Shown one piece after another: positions 18,532 through 27,881 of a stretch of DNA of 50,027 bases (the first letter of the stretch is position 1; every line of letters starts with the position of its first letter). Source of the stretch: an uncultured Candidatus Saccharibacteria bacterium (lineage in GTDB: Bacteria; Patescibacteriota; Minisyncoccia; Phycocordibacterales; UBA918). Made by a program: the position numbers and the translations under genes. The stretch is taken from contig CAYGJY010000001.1 in the NCBI GenBank assembly GCA_964350645.1, positions 274,621-324,647 on the forward strand. The letters run 5' to 3'. Under the pieces are notes generated by a model. That model was not told the DNA's origin, made no database searches, and was given only the letters and a program-made list of their open reading frames with translations.

Positions 18532-19008
18532 ATGGCAAAAACAGCATCTCGTTATTGGCTTTTAAAAAGTGAGCCCGACTGTTATTCAATCCATGATCTC
18601 AAACGCGATAAGGTCGACATGTGGGATGGTACTCGCAATTATCAGGTACGGAATATGATGCGCGACGATATGCAAGTGGGGGATAGGGCTCTGTTTTATC
18701 ACTCAAACGCCGGCGATCAAACTGGAGTAGTTGGTACTATGAAAATTATGAGTCAAGCCTATCCTGATCCGACACAATTTGATCCAAAAAGTGATCACCC
18801 AGATCCAATGTCTGACCCAGAAAATCCACGCTGGCTGTGTGTTGATGTGGCGTATGAATCTACTCTTGCAACACCTGTAACATTGAAAGAATTAAAGCTC
18901 GACCCCAAGTTTGCTGACATGCCAGTGATAATGAAAGGGAATCGTTTGTCGGTCATGCCAATTAAAAAAACACATTTTGACCGAATTGTTAAGCTTGGTT
19001 CAAAATAG
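18532..19008 (+). CDS. EVE domain protein
   Basis: YWLLKSEP, WDGTRNYQVRN, FYHS, RLSVMP; start at ATG 18532. Confidence 0.93.
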   Translation: MAKTASRYWLLKSEPDCYSIHDLKRDKVDMWDGTRNYQVRNMMRDDMQVGDRALFYHSNAGDQTGVVGTMKIMSQAYPDPTQFDPKSDHPDPMSDPENPRWLCVDVAYESTLATPVTLKELKLDPKFADMPVIMKGNRLSVMPIKKTHFDRIVKLGSK

Positions 19009-19009
19009 T

Positions 19010-19237
19010 ATGGCGACTGCTAAAACAGGGAAGCGTTATCGTCACTATAAAGGTAAAGAGTACACTGTGCTGGCTCTAGCACACCATACAGAAACACTTG
19101 AGGATTTAGTGGTGTATCAGGCAGAATACGATACAGAGGATTTTGGCTCCAAACCGGTATGGTGCCGACCACGGGAAATGTTTGAGGGACAAATTGAAAT
19201 TGATGGAGTAATGAAAGATCGCTTTACAGCAATATGA
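19010..19237 (+). CDS. DUF1653 family protein
   Basis: YRHYKG.EY.V..A.HTET.E.LVVYQ..Y...WCRP..MF. Confidence 0.9.
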   Translation: MATAKTGKRYRHYKGKEYTVLALAHHTETLEDLVVYQAEYDTEDFGSKPVWCRPREMFEGQIEIDGVMKDRFTAI

Positions 19238-19830
19238 CAAAGTATGTATTAAATTCTGGAGGATTAAAAAACAATCCAAACCGAGCAAGAATGTATTTTG
19301 ATGAACTCTGTAAAGGGATGAGTTCTAAAACGAAAGTTTTATGGTGCTTTTTTGCGACACTACCTACGCCAACAAAAGTGCGCTTTGAAAAATATACAAA
19401 CTTATTTGCTGAATATTTTCCTGAGTCTGTCAGTCCTCAGAATTTTAATGCAACACTTGAAAACTTTGTTGAAGAAGTAAGACAGGCTGATGTGGTTTAT
19501 TTACATGGAGGTGAAGTAGTACCTCTGAAAGAGGTACTACAGCAAATTGACTACCAAGAAGTTTTTAGAGGAAAAGTAATTGGGTGTAATTCAGCAAGTT
19601 CAATGGTCTTTTCATCAAGTTACTGGAGCTGTAGCAATCGTACGTGTGGAGATGGATTGGGATTGTTTGACATTAAATATCTGGCTCATTATAAGTCAGA
19701 ATATGGCTCTAATGATCCGCGTGGGCCAATTGATTGGGAAGCAGCCAAAGCTGAACTGACAGCATACGGAAATATTGAACATGAAGTCGTTGCTTTAGAA
19801 GAAGGAGAGTTTAGAGTATTTGAGGTCTGA
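19234..19830 (+). CDS. Peptidase S51 (dipeptidase E / GATase1-like) family protein
   Basis: ADVVYLHGG, nucleophile elbow GCNSAS, GLGL, LAHY. Confidence 0.7.
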   Translation: MTKYVLNSGGLKNNPNRARMYFDELCKGMSSKTKVLWCFFATLPTPTKVRFEKYTNLFAEYFPESVSPQNFNATLENFVEEVRQADVVYLHGGEVVPLKEVLQQIDYQEVFRGKVIGCNSASSMVFSSSYWSCSNRTCGDGLGLFDIKYLAHYKSEYGSNDPRGPIDWEAAKAELTAYGNIEHEVVALEEGEFRVFEV

Positions 19831-19831
19831 T

Positions 19832-20623
19832 ATGAAAATTGGATTTTTTGATTCTGGGTTAGGGGGAATTTTGATTATGAAGGCAGTTGCCAAAGCACTA
19901 CCTGAGTTTGATTATGAATACTATGGAGATACCGCTAACCTGCCATATGGTGATAAATCGGAGGCAGAGATTTATGAGCTTACCAAAGCTGGTGTGCAAC
20001 ACTTGTTTAAGCGCGACTGTGCTTTAGTTATTTTGGCCTGTAACACAGCCTCGGCTGAGACGTTGAGACGACTTCAGCATGAATGGTTGCCAGAAGTATA
20101 TCCAGACCGAACCCTGCTTGGTGTGATTATACCGATGGTGGAGGAAGCAATTACCTCTGGATGTGCTCGAATGAAATTATTGGCGACTAAGCGGACAGTT
20201 AGTTCTGGAAAATATCATCTTGAACTCGATAAGCGAAATGAATTTGATTTGAAGCTTGAAGCTATCGCGACTCCTGAGTTAGTTCCACTCCTTGAGTCTG
20301 GTCAGGTGGACGAAGCGGTGGCTTTCACTGAATCTAAACTTGGAGCGGCATCTGAAGTGGGGGAGGGAGAAGGAGTGATTTTGGGGTGCACACACTATGT
20401 GCTACTTAAAGAAAAATTACGCGAGTATTATGGCAAAGATTTTATTGTGTTATGCCAAGATGAAATTATCCCAGCCAAACTTAAATTATATTTAGACAAT
20501 CATCCTGAACTATGTAAAAAACTGGGCTCAACCAATCATCGAAATATTTTCCTCACAGAACACAGGGGAGATTACGATCAAGTGCTACGGACCTTTTTAG
20601 AGGGACAGTTTATTGGTGGGTAA
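19832..20623 (+). CDS. murI: Glutamate racemase
   Basis: FFDSGLGG, PYGDKS, ACNTAS, LGCTHY. Confidence 0.96.
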   Translation: MKIGFFDSGLGGILIMKAVAKALPEFDYEYYGDTANLPYGDKSEAEIYELTKAGVQHLFKRDCALVILACNTASAETLRRLQHEWLPEVYPDRTLLGVIIPMVEEAITSGCARMKLLATKRTVSSGKYHLELDKRNEFDLKLEAIATPELVPLLESGQVDEAVAFTESKLGAASEVGEGEGVILGCTHYVLLKEKLREYYGKDFIVLCQDEIIPAKLKLYLDNHPELCKKLGSTNHRNIFLTEHRGDYDQVLRTFLEGQFIGG

Positions 20624-20752
20624 AGAGTGTCAGCAGATTCTCTTAAACGTCGCACAATATATCTTTTGCGACATGTATATATTGTACATATATACTATAT
20701 AAACCTTGCTTAGAACCACATATCCTGCTCAGGGATTGCTTTTAAGGTATGT

Positions 20753-21433
20753 TTATACCTTAAGATCTGTGTATATATAACTATTGCGATGCAGTTTCAG
20801 GATTTGGGCTGGCATATCGTTAATTTCATGCTTTTCATGCAAAAGCTTGTTAAGGATAGCTGTCTTTTCTATACCGGATACGTAGCCAATTAGTTCATCG
20901 CACTTAAGCAGCCAACTAGGCGTAATTGAGGCTCTAGAATCGATTGTAAGGCTTTGTAGGTGTACCGGTACGTAGGTCATATCCTCTTTATACATCTCTG
21001 AGAACTTATCAACTGGCAACGGAAAAATTCCGGCTGTGTGACCGTCGTTACCTATACCTACCACTGTAATCGTAGCGACAGAATGTTCTTCAGAAAAAAT
21101 TTTTTCAATTTGTTTGGAAATTCTACTAGCGAAATTTTCTGGAGTTTCTTTTAGTACATTGCTGGTGTCAATCACTGTATGATGAGCGATGAATTCTGAG
21201 AAATATTCTTGTAATTGATGATAGTTATTGTCACTCGCCTCACCTACCCGCTCATCCCCCATTATAAATATTGTGCGACGCTTCTGCTCTGACGCAAGGT
21301 TAATATAATCGACAATCTTAAGTGCTGATCCTCCAGCCAATAGACAAAGCACTTGCTTTCCCTGTGCGTTGATGTAGTTACTTATGTGTTCTCCAGCTGC
21401 AGCTGCCGGGTCTTCTGAATTTTTAATTTCCAT
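20753..21433 (-). CDS. pgl: 6-phosphogluconolactonase
   Basis: LAGGS, GDER, GIGNDGHTAGIFP; lies behind zwf and gnd. Confidence 0.85.
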   Translation of the reverse strand: MEIKNSEDPAAAAGEHISNYINAQGKQVLCLLAGGSALKIVDYINLASEQKRRTIFIMGDERVGEASDNNYHQLQEYFSEFIAHHTVIDTSNVLKETPENFASRISKQIEKIFSEEHSVATITVVGIGNDGHTAGIFPLPVDKFSEMYKEDMTYVPVHLQSLTIDSRASITPSWLLKCDELIGYVSGIEKTAILNKLLHEKHEINDMPAQILKLHRNSYIYTDLKV

Positions 21434-22334
21434 CTTTAGTAATAATTGAGTGGCCACCAAATTGATTACGCATGGCAGAAATAAATGTACCTATTCGTGA
21501 TGGCTTCTGTCGAGTCGCCTTACGTTGCGCTAAGGCTGCTTTTAGTACAGCAACATCGTTATTGGCGATAATATATTCCATCTCTGTTTCAGTCTCTCCT
21601 TTGGGTACTTCGCCAGCGATTGTGTCGAGATAACCGGGAGTACGATACGAATCACCAAGCCAGGTCGCTAGCTTACTAGTTATGATACTCTCATGTTCGT
21701 AGGCTTTAAGAGCCTCTTCAAGGTTGAGGTCAAATTCTTCTTGATGTTCTTCTAGAACATTGACACCTTCAGCGATAGCCCCCATCATGCCGTATTCGAT
21801 ACCGTTGTGAACCATCTTTACAAAGTGACCAGCTCCAATGTGGCCAACATGACCAAAGCCGTTTGGTGCTGCTAGAGCTTCAAACAGCGGTCGTAATTCT
21901 TCAACTATCACTTTCTTTCCACCAACCATCAGTGATGCACCATGACGAGCTCCCTTCATCCCACCTGAGGTCCCGCAATCAACGTATTCGATGCCCATAT
22001 GTGCTGCTTCTGTTGCACGGCGAATAGTATCTTTGAAAAATGTGTTTCCCCCATCGATAATAATGTCGTTTTGTCTTAGTAGCGGATAGATTTCTGTAAG
22101 GATGTCGTCATTAAATTTAGAAGGTACCATGAGCCAGACAATCTTTTTCGCGGGCATTGCGGCTAGGGTTTCTTCGATTGTGTTGTAGATAGTTACACCA
22201 GTGTCTGCCGCGGTAAAACGGGCTTCTTCTGATACATCAAAACCGTGAACAATATACCCCTGTTCAACTAAGTGAGTAGACATAGCTGCTCCCATTCGAC
22301 CAAGTCCAATAAATATTAGTTCTTTCTTTTCCAT
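21423..22334 (-). CDS. gnd: 6-phosphogluconate dehydrogenase, decarboxylating (short type)
   Basis: IGLGRMG, IDGGN, DCGTSGG, GHFVKMVHNGIEYG, RNQFGGH. Confidence 0.95.
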   Translation of the reverse strand: MEKKELIFIGLGRMGAAMSTHLVEQGYIVHGFDVSEEARFTAADTGVTIYNTIEETLAAMPAKKIVWLMVPSKFNDDILTEIYPLLRQNDIIIDGGNTFFKDTIRRATEAAHMGIEYVDCGTSGGMKGARHGASLMVGGKKVIVEELRPLFEALAAPNGFGHVGHIGAGHFVKMVHNGIEYGMMGAIAEGVNVLEEHQEEFDLNLEEALKAYEHESIITSKLATWLGDSYRTPGYLDTIAGEVPKGETETEMEYIIANNDVAVLKAALAQRKATRQKPSRIGTFISAMRNQFGGHSIITKDGN

Positions 22335-22355
22335 AATATAGTTAGCTAGTAAGGA

Positions 22356-23762
22356 TTATAATAATCGCTTTTTCGGCCCCCCACTACCCTTTTTGTATGT
22401 TTGTAATGGTACAGACTCAATGTGTTTTAGGATCGTGTTGATATATTTCCACTGAGCAAGTACTTCTTCGGTTGTGGTAAACAGAGTTTGATCACCATGT
22501 ATACAGTCTATCAAAACTTTTTCGTAGGAATTTTTAATCTCATCTTTTCCACCAGCACAATCAAACGAGAGTGTACGACTTTCAAGTTGGTACCCAAGTC
22601 CAGGTTTTTTGGCATTAAGGGTAATGTGCATTTGCTGTTCCGGTGATATGGTGAGACGAATTTGATTCGCAGTCGTCTCACAGTTAGCAGTTAGGAATAG
22701 TCCAGTAGCAACGTCTTTGAATGTAACAGTGACTTCGACCAAGGCTTTATCTAGGGCTTTCCCTGCAGAAAGAAATATTGGTACATCAGTCCAGTTGGGA
22801 TCTCGTAGTTCTGCTTTTAGTTCAAAGAAAGTTTCAGTGTCAGAAGCCGCACCAACTCCAGTGGTGTCACGATAGCCAGCGTACTGTGCTCGCACAAACT
22901 GCTCAGCGATGGTGTGTCGCGTTAACGGTTGTAGCTTTTTCAAAATAGCTAAACGGTTTGTTCTGATGTGTTCAGCATCGAAACAGGCAGGTTCTGACAT
23001 GGTAAGGAGTGCGAGAAGTTGTAGTAAATGATTTTGACCAACATCACGCAACGCGCCAATGCCATCGTAGAAAGCACCACGATTACTTGCATCCACTTTT
23101 TCATGCATCACAATTTTAATACTTTCTATGCCCTCTTTATTCCAGGCACGTTGCATGAGAGTGTTAGCAAATCGAAATGACAAGATATTTTGGACTGCTT
23201 CTTTAGCAAGATAGTGGTCAATTCGAAAGATTTGTTCTTCTGCAAAGAGATTACCGAGTTGTTTGTCTAACTTTTGGGCTGTCGCGACGTTATTACCAAA
23301 AGGTTTTTCGACTAACAAGCGCGACCAAGCAGTTTTTGCTGTTTTGTGAAGTTTGTGATGGTGAAGTTGCTTGAAGATGCTGCTATACGAACTAGGTGGA
23401 ACGGCTAGATAAAAAATTCGATTAGTACATTGTCTATTTGCTTTAACAAAGTTGATTTCTTTCTTTAAGGTCTGAAAAAGTGCGTCATCTTCAAAGGAAC
23501 CTGATACAAAAAACAAACGCTTACAGAATGCATCAATTTTTTTCTGATCGTGGTGTGTCTGTTCTTGATTGACAATAATTTCGTTAACAAAAAGTCTGTA
23601 TTCTTGGTGTGAGTATTGACGTCTCGCAATGCCAAAAATTGAAAACTTTTTTGGGAGTTTGTCTTTGCAATATAAATCAAACAAAGCTGGCAAGAGCTTT
23701 CGAGTACTTAAGTCACCTGTACCACCAAGAATTATTATCTGGAGTGGAGATACTGACTTCAT
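22356..23762 (-). CDS. zwf: Glucose-6-phosphate 1-dehydrogenase
   Basis: GGTGDL, EKPFG, RIDHYLAKE, DVGQNHLLQ. Confidence 0.97.
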   Translation of the reverse strand: MKSVSPLQIIILGGTGDLSTRKLLPALFDLYCKDKLPKKFSIFGIARRQYSHQEYRLFVNEIIVNQEQTHHDQKKIDAFCKRLFFVSGSFEDDALFQTLKKEINFVKANRQCTNRIFYLAVPPSSYSSIFKQLHHHKLHKTAKTAWSRLLVEKPFGNNVATAQKLDKQLGNLFAEEQIFRIDHYLAKEAVQNILSFRFANTLMQRAWNKEGIESIKIVMHEKVDASNRGAFYDGIGALRDVGQNHLLQLLALLTMSEPACFDAEHIRTNRLAILKKLQPLTRHTIAEQFVRAQYAGYRDTTGVGAASDTETFFELKAELRDPNWTDVPIFLSAGKALDKALVEVTVTFKDVATGLFLTANCETTANQIRLTISPEQQMHITLNAKKPGLGYQLESRTLSFDCAGGKDEIKNSYEKVLIDCIHGDQTLFTTTEEVLAQWKYINTILKHIESVPLQTYKKGSGGPKKRLL

Positions 23763-23814
23763 AGGGCTAGTGTAGCGTAGAAACTAATGTATGACGAGTG
23801 GACTGTTTGACCCG

Positions 23815-23837
23815 AAAGCCCGCTAATGCGGGCTTTT
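23815..23837. terminator. Intrinsic terminator-like hairpin
   Basis: AAAGCCCGC-TAAT-GCGGGCTTTT. Confidence 0.7.
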
Positions 23838-23886
23838 GTGTGGGTAAGTTCCTACGATGCACTGCATCGCACTTACATAATAGCAA

Positions 23887-23931
23887 CAATTCACAGGGTT
23901 ATTCACAGACTTATCCCCAGAGTTACACACA
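23887..23931 (+). promoter_or_regulatory. Array of four DnaA-box-like 9-mers at 12-bp period
   Basis: CAATTCACA 23887, TTATTCACA 23899, TTATCCCCA 23911, TTACACACA 23923 versus consensus TTWTNCACA. Confidence 0.7.
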
Positions 23932-23940
23932 GAAATAGCT

Positions 23941-25251
23941 CTACAGAGCTGGCAAATAGGCCATTGGATCGATGTAGCCTTCAGTCGCTGCACGTGGAGT
24001 ATAAGCAGGGCCACAGCTTGTTACGGTTTTGAAGTCACTGTAACGGATTACTTCGACAGCGTCTTTAGCATACACAGTAAAGTGCAGGTGAGGACCAGTA
24101 ACATAGCCAGTTGCTCCAACATATCCAATCAAATCTCCAGTGTTTACTTTAGCGCCGGGATAGATATTGGCAGGAATAGCGCTCTGATGGGCGTAGAGAG
24201 TTGAGAGACCATTAGCATGATCGATTAAAGTCCATTTTCCCCAAGCATAACAACCAGCCACTGCGTCAGTATTGTCTACCCATCTAACGGTTCCAGATAA
24301 TGGTGCGTAGATAGGTGTCCCTACTGGCGCCCCAAAGTCGACCCCAGGGTGGTAGCCACGCCCATAAATGCCTGGGTTATTTTTGGCGAACTCAGTCCCT
24401 CCAAAAAGCTGCGTAATGATAATGTTCTCAAGTGGCCAATCAAATACAGCAGTGCCTCGCGACGGAATGGTATTGGGGTCAAGGATAAATTGTAGCTCTG
24501 CTTCAAATGATCGAAGTTCAGATGTAATCTGATCGCGAACAGCTTTTTTTTCAGCCAAAAGAGCTTGGTAGTTTGCTTCTTCGCTTTTTGTTTGTTGGAG
24601 TAACTCCCCCTTTTCTTTTTTGTTGTTTGATAAAACTGCTTGCTGTCCGTTGTATTTTTCTTTTAAGCCGAGGAGCTCACCTCGTTTTATGGTTTCATTA
24701 CTGTATTTATCTTCCAATTGTTTTTTCAGTGATACCAAACTGTAAACCTGTGCTTGCATACTAGTCCTGACTGTTTCTAGGTCTTGCACTTCTGTCCAAA
24801 ATTCTGAGAGGTTTTTGTGTCGTAAGAGCAGTTCAATCATGCTTTCATCGTCTGTTACGTACAGATTACGAATGATGCGCGCCATGGCTGCTTCGTTTTG
24901 TTCAATCCCCTCTTCTGTGTCACCAATCTCCAGAGTGAGTTTGTTAATTTCAAGATCAGTGCTGCTGATTTGATTTTCAGTATAACTAATATCAGCCAGC
25001 ACTTTTTTCCGTTCGAGTTCAAGAACATTAATGGCTTTTTCAAGGGTGCTGCGTTCGGCACCCACTTCTTGCAGCTGGGCTTCAAAGGCAGCGATTTCGG
25101 CTTCAATGGCATTGAGACGGTCGCCCCGCTCAGCAATTTGTTGTTGCAGTACTTCAATGTCGGTTTGTGCATTCACCAAAGTAGTACCAAGCAACATGCT
25201 TGGCATTAAGGAAAGGCCTATAAGAAATGCAAACGCTCTACGCAGGGACAT
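23941..25251 (-). CDS. Coiled-coil M23 peptidase (EnvC/PcsB-like architecture)
   Basis: Signal peptide, long coiled coil, HPGVD, YAH and GPHLHF zinc ligands intact. Confidence 0.9.
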   Translation of the reverse strand: MSLRRAFAFLIGLSLMPSMLLGTTLVNAQTDIEVLQQQIAERGDRLNAIEAEIAAFEAQLQEVGAERSTLEKAINVLELERKKVLADISYTENQISSTDLEINKLTLEIGDTEEGIEQNEAAMARIIRNLYVTDDESMIELLLRHKNLSEFWTEVQDLETVRTSMQAQVYSLVSLKKQLEDKYSNETIKRGELLGLKEKYNGQQAVLSNNKKEKGELLQQTKSEEANYQALLAEKKAVRDQITSELRSFEAELQFILDPNTIPSRGTAVFDWPLENIIITQLFGGTEFAKNNPGIYGRGYHPGVDFGAPVGTPIYAPLSGTVRWVDNTDAVAGCYAWGKWTLIDHANGLSTLYAHQSAIPANIYPGAKVNTGDLIGYVGATGYVTGPHLHFTVYAKDAVEVIRYSDFKTVTSCGPAYTPRAATEGYIDPMAYLPAL

Positions 25252-25253
25252 TA

Positions 25254-26711
25254 TCACTGTATTTTATCACAGACTGATTTTACTCGCGCTAGAGTTTCTT
25301 CTTTCTGGAGTGTATAGCAACACATAAAGGGGTCTGGTGAACGTTCACGTCCGGTTAAGGCAACACGTAAAGGCCAAAGTACCTCTCCCCGCCCCACCTC
25401 ACTGGCGTAGTCCCAGAGAGCATTTTTTATGTTTTCTGGGGTGTCGAATTCAACTTTCTCCAATAGTGCACTAATGTGCAGTAAGCGTGGTTTTGCTGCT
25501 CTCGGTGAAGGGTCATTTTTCCAAGCAATCAGTGCAAGATCAATTTTTGGTTCTGCAAACACCCAGTCGTATTCTCCCGCTGAGAATGCTTCTCGCAATT
25601 CTACTTGGTTATGCGTACGTTCAATTAACTCATGCAGGAGTCGTTCAATACGCTGTGGTGAGTCAGCTGATTGTTGGCTAAGTATTTCGGGCACAGTTGC
25701 AAGCACGTACTCGAGCTGCTGATCAGCTGGTAATGTTCCGAGGTATTCTTTGTTCATCCAGCGGAGTTTGTCTTCGTTGAAAGCACCGCCAGATTTTTGA
25801 ATTTTCTCAAGACTAAAGGCGGTGAGCAGCTCCTTAGGATTAAAGAGCTCGCGTTCACCACCAGGGTTCCAGCCAATGAGAGCAAGAAAATTTGCCATTG
25901 CTTCGGGTAAATACCCATCGGCTTGATAGTCGAGCAGGTCTTTAGCACCATCACGTTTGCTAAGTTTCTTTTTGCCGTCTGGGCCCATGATCGGTGGCAG
26001 GGTAACAAACGTTGGATAAGGAATTTCTAAGGCATCATACAGGCTCAGGAATTTAGGTGTACTTGAAATAAACTCTTCACCTCGCATTACGTGAGTAACA
26101 CCCATTTCGAGGTCGTCGATAATATGGGCAAAGTTATAAGTTGGATAGCCGTCTGCTTTGAGGATAATAAAGTCGTCAAGTGCTTCTTCCCCAGCTTCCA
26201 GATCGCCGCGGACGACATCCTGCCACTGATAACGTTTGATCTCTGGTACCCGGAATCGTACTGGGGTTTTTCCATCCCAGGGCATGATAGATTCAGGGCG
26301 ATGATCGCGGAATAAAAACGGACGCTTGGTTGCTTCGGCTTCAGCACGAAAAACGTCCACTTCTTCTTGAGTGTAAGGATCAGGATAGGCTAACCCTTTT
26401 TTGATTAGTTGCTCGACATATTTCTTATAGGTTTCTAAACGATCTGACTGGAGACATGAACCGAAAGGCCCTGGCTTGTCAGGACCAAAGTCCCAGTCGA
26501 TGCCAAGCCAGCTGAGTGACTGTTGGATATGTTCAATTGAACCGGTCACTTCACGTGCTTTGTCGGTGTCTTCAATTCTAAGGATAAATGTGCCGGCGTT
26601 TTGACGGGCAAAAAGCCAGGCGTAGAGGGCAGTTCTGACACCGCCGATATGCAAAAAACCGGTTGGAGAAGGTGCAAAGCGGGTTACTACTGGTGAATAG
26701 GAATCTTTCAT
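25254..26711 (-). CDS. gltX: Glutamate--tRNA ligase
   Basis: RFAPSPTGFLHIGG, RIEDTD, KLSKR. Confidence 0.97.
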   Translation of the reverse strand: MKDSYSPVVTRFAPSPTGFLHIGGVRTALYAWLFARQNAGTFILRIEDTDKAREVTGSIEHIQQSLSWLGIDWDFGPDKPGPFGSCLQSDRLETYKKYVEQLIKKGLAYPDPYTQEEVDVFRAEAEATKRPFLFRDHRPESIMPWDGKTPVRFRVPEIKRYQWQDVVRGDLEAGEEALDDFIILKADGYPTYNFAHIIDDLEMGVTHVMRGEEFISSTPKFLSLYDALEIPYPTFVTLPPIMGPDGKKKLSKRDGAKDLLDYQADGYLPEAMANFLALIGWNPGGERELFNPKELLTAFSLEKIQKSGGAFNEDKLRWMNKEYLGTLPADQQLEYVLATVPEILSQQSADSPQRIERLLHELIERTHNQVELREAFSAGEYDWVFAEPKIDLALIAWKNDPSPRAAKPRLLHISALLEKVEFDTPENIKNALWDYASEVGRGEVLWPLRVALTGRERSPDPFMCCYTLQKEETLARVKSVCDKIQ

Positions 26712-27832
26712 TACAGGTGTTCTTTACCAATTTCTAATAAAGTATCAGCGAGTGTATAGGCTGCGTCCGGTTGTGTAAAGGCTTTAGCGGCTTCCGACAT
26801 TTGCTTGTAGAGGTCTTGGTCTGTGAGGATTTTTGTAATTTGAGCATCAAGCATACCGTCGGTGAGATTTGCCTCTTCGAGTACAGTGGCGCCACCCAGT
26901 TTGGCATAGGCATAGGCGTTAGTACGCTGATCATGACTAATGTCCTCAGGAATCGGAATGAGGATAGCTGGCTTTCCTAAAAGTGATAGCTCGGCTATTG
27001 TCCCACTTCCAGCTCGTGAAATAACAAGCGAAGCTGCGTTTTGAGCAGCTGCAAAAAGGTCACCTGACATGTGACCATAGACAAAGTAGTGGTCTAACAA
27101 CGTTGTGTCAGTTACAAGTGAGCCAGCTGTTTTACTCACCTCAGCCACATTAGCTACACCAGCTTGATGAATTATAGTGTAGTGAGGTAAAAGTTCGTCA
27201 AGACTATCGAGGATGAGATTGTTGATTCTAACAGCGCCAGTCGAACCACCCGTAATAAAAATAACTGGCCGTTCATTGGTGATGCCAAGTTTTTCATGTG
27301 GGTTTTGAATAGGTACCTGGAAGTATTTTCGGATTGGATGTCCTGTCAGTGCTGTTTTTTCCGGAGGAAAATTTTTAGCTGTTTGTGGGAATGAGATAGC
27401 AATATAGCGTGCAAAATGAGCTGCTAAGCGGTTGGCTCTACCTGGCGTAGCATCAGATTCATGAATGACAATTGGTATTCGGAGCAGCCATGCTGCCAAA
27501 ACTACAGGTACACTAGTGTGCCCCCCTTTGCTCATGATGACATCAGGATATAAAAAGTATAAGCGTTTAATGGCTACAAAAATTCCGTAGAGAACCTTAA
27601 ATATGTCGAGGAAATTAAGCAGCGACGCGTAGCGTCGCTGCTTTCCTGTTGGACACTGGACGTATTGTATATTCAGTCGGGCAAGAGAATCTTGGTTGTA
27701 TGGCTCAGGTCCAAGATAAAAAAGTTCAGTATTGGTCGCTAAAGCACGGTCACGATCTTGGATCGCCTCTGCAACTGCTATTAGTGGGTAAAAATGCCCA
27801 CCGGTTCCTCCTCCAACTAGTGCAATTCTCAT
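26711..27832 (-). CDS. murG: Lipid II GlcNAc transferase MurG
   Basis: GGGTGGH, IHESD, TGGSTGA, SRAGSGT..E, DQ..NA. Confidence 0.95.
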   Translation of the reverse strand: MRIALVGGGTGGHFYPLIAVAEAIQDRDRALATNTELFYLGPEPYNQDSLARLNIQYVQCPTGKQRRYASLLNFLDIFKVLYGIFVAIKRLYFLYPDVIMSKGGHTSVPVVLAAWLLRIPIVIHESDATPGRANRLAAHFARYIAISFPQTAKNFPPEKTALTGHPIRKYFQVPIQNPHEKLGITNERPVIFITGGSTGAVRINNLILDSLDELLPHYTIIHQAGVANVAEVSKTAGSLVTDTTLLDHYFVYGHMSGDLFAAAQNAASLVISRAGSGTIAELSLLGKPAILIPIPEDISHDQRTNAYAYAKLGGATVLEEANLTDGMLDAQITKILTDQDLYKQMSEAAKAFTQPDAAYTLADTLLEIGKEHL

Positions 27833-27881
27833 GATATTAGTATACCGCGAAGTGCAGCTTGAGGTTACGGTTTACCACAGA

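Noticed and set aside
20641-20730. NrdR-box-like AT-rich motifs (CACAATATAT, ACAATATATAC, ACCACATATCC) between murI and pgl
   Set aside because: None fits the 16-bp NrdR consensus at the conserved C and G positions together, and the region lies between convergent genes with no nrd gene.
23839-23931. oriC
   Set aside because: No dnaA/dnaN, no clear DUE or DnaA-trios, and gene orientation to the right argues against an origin; kept only as a DnaA-box cluster.
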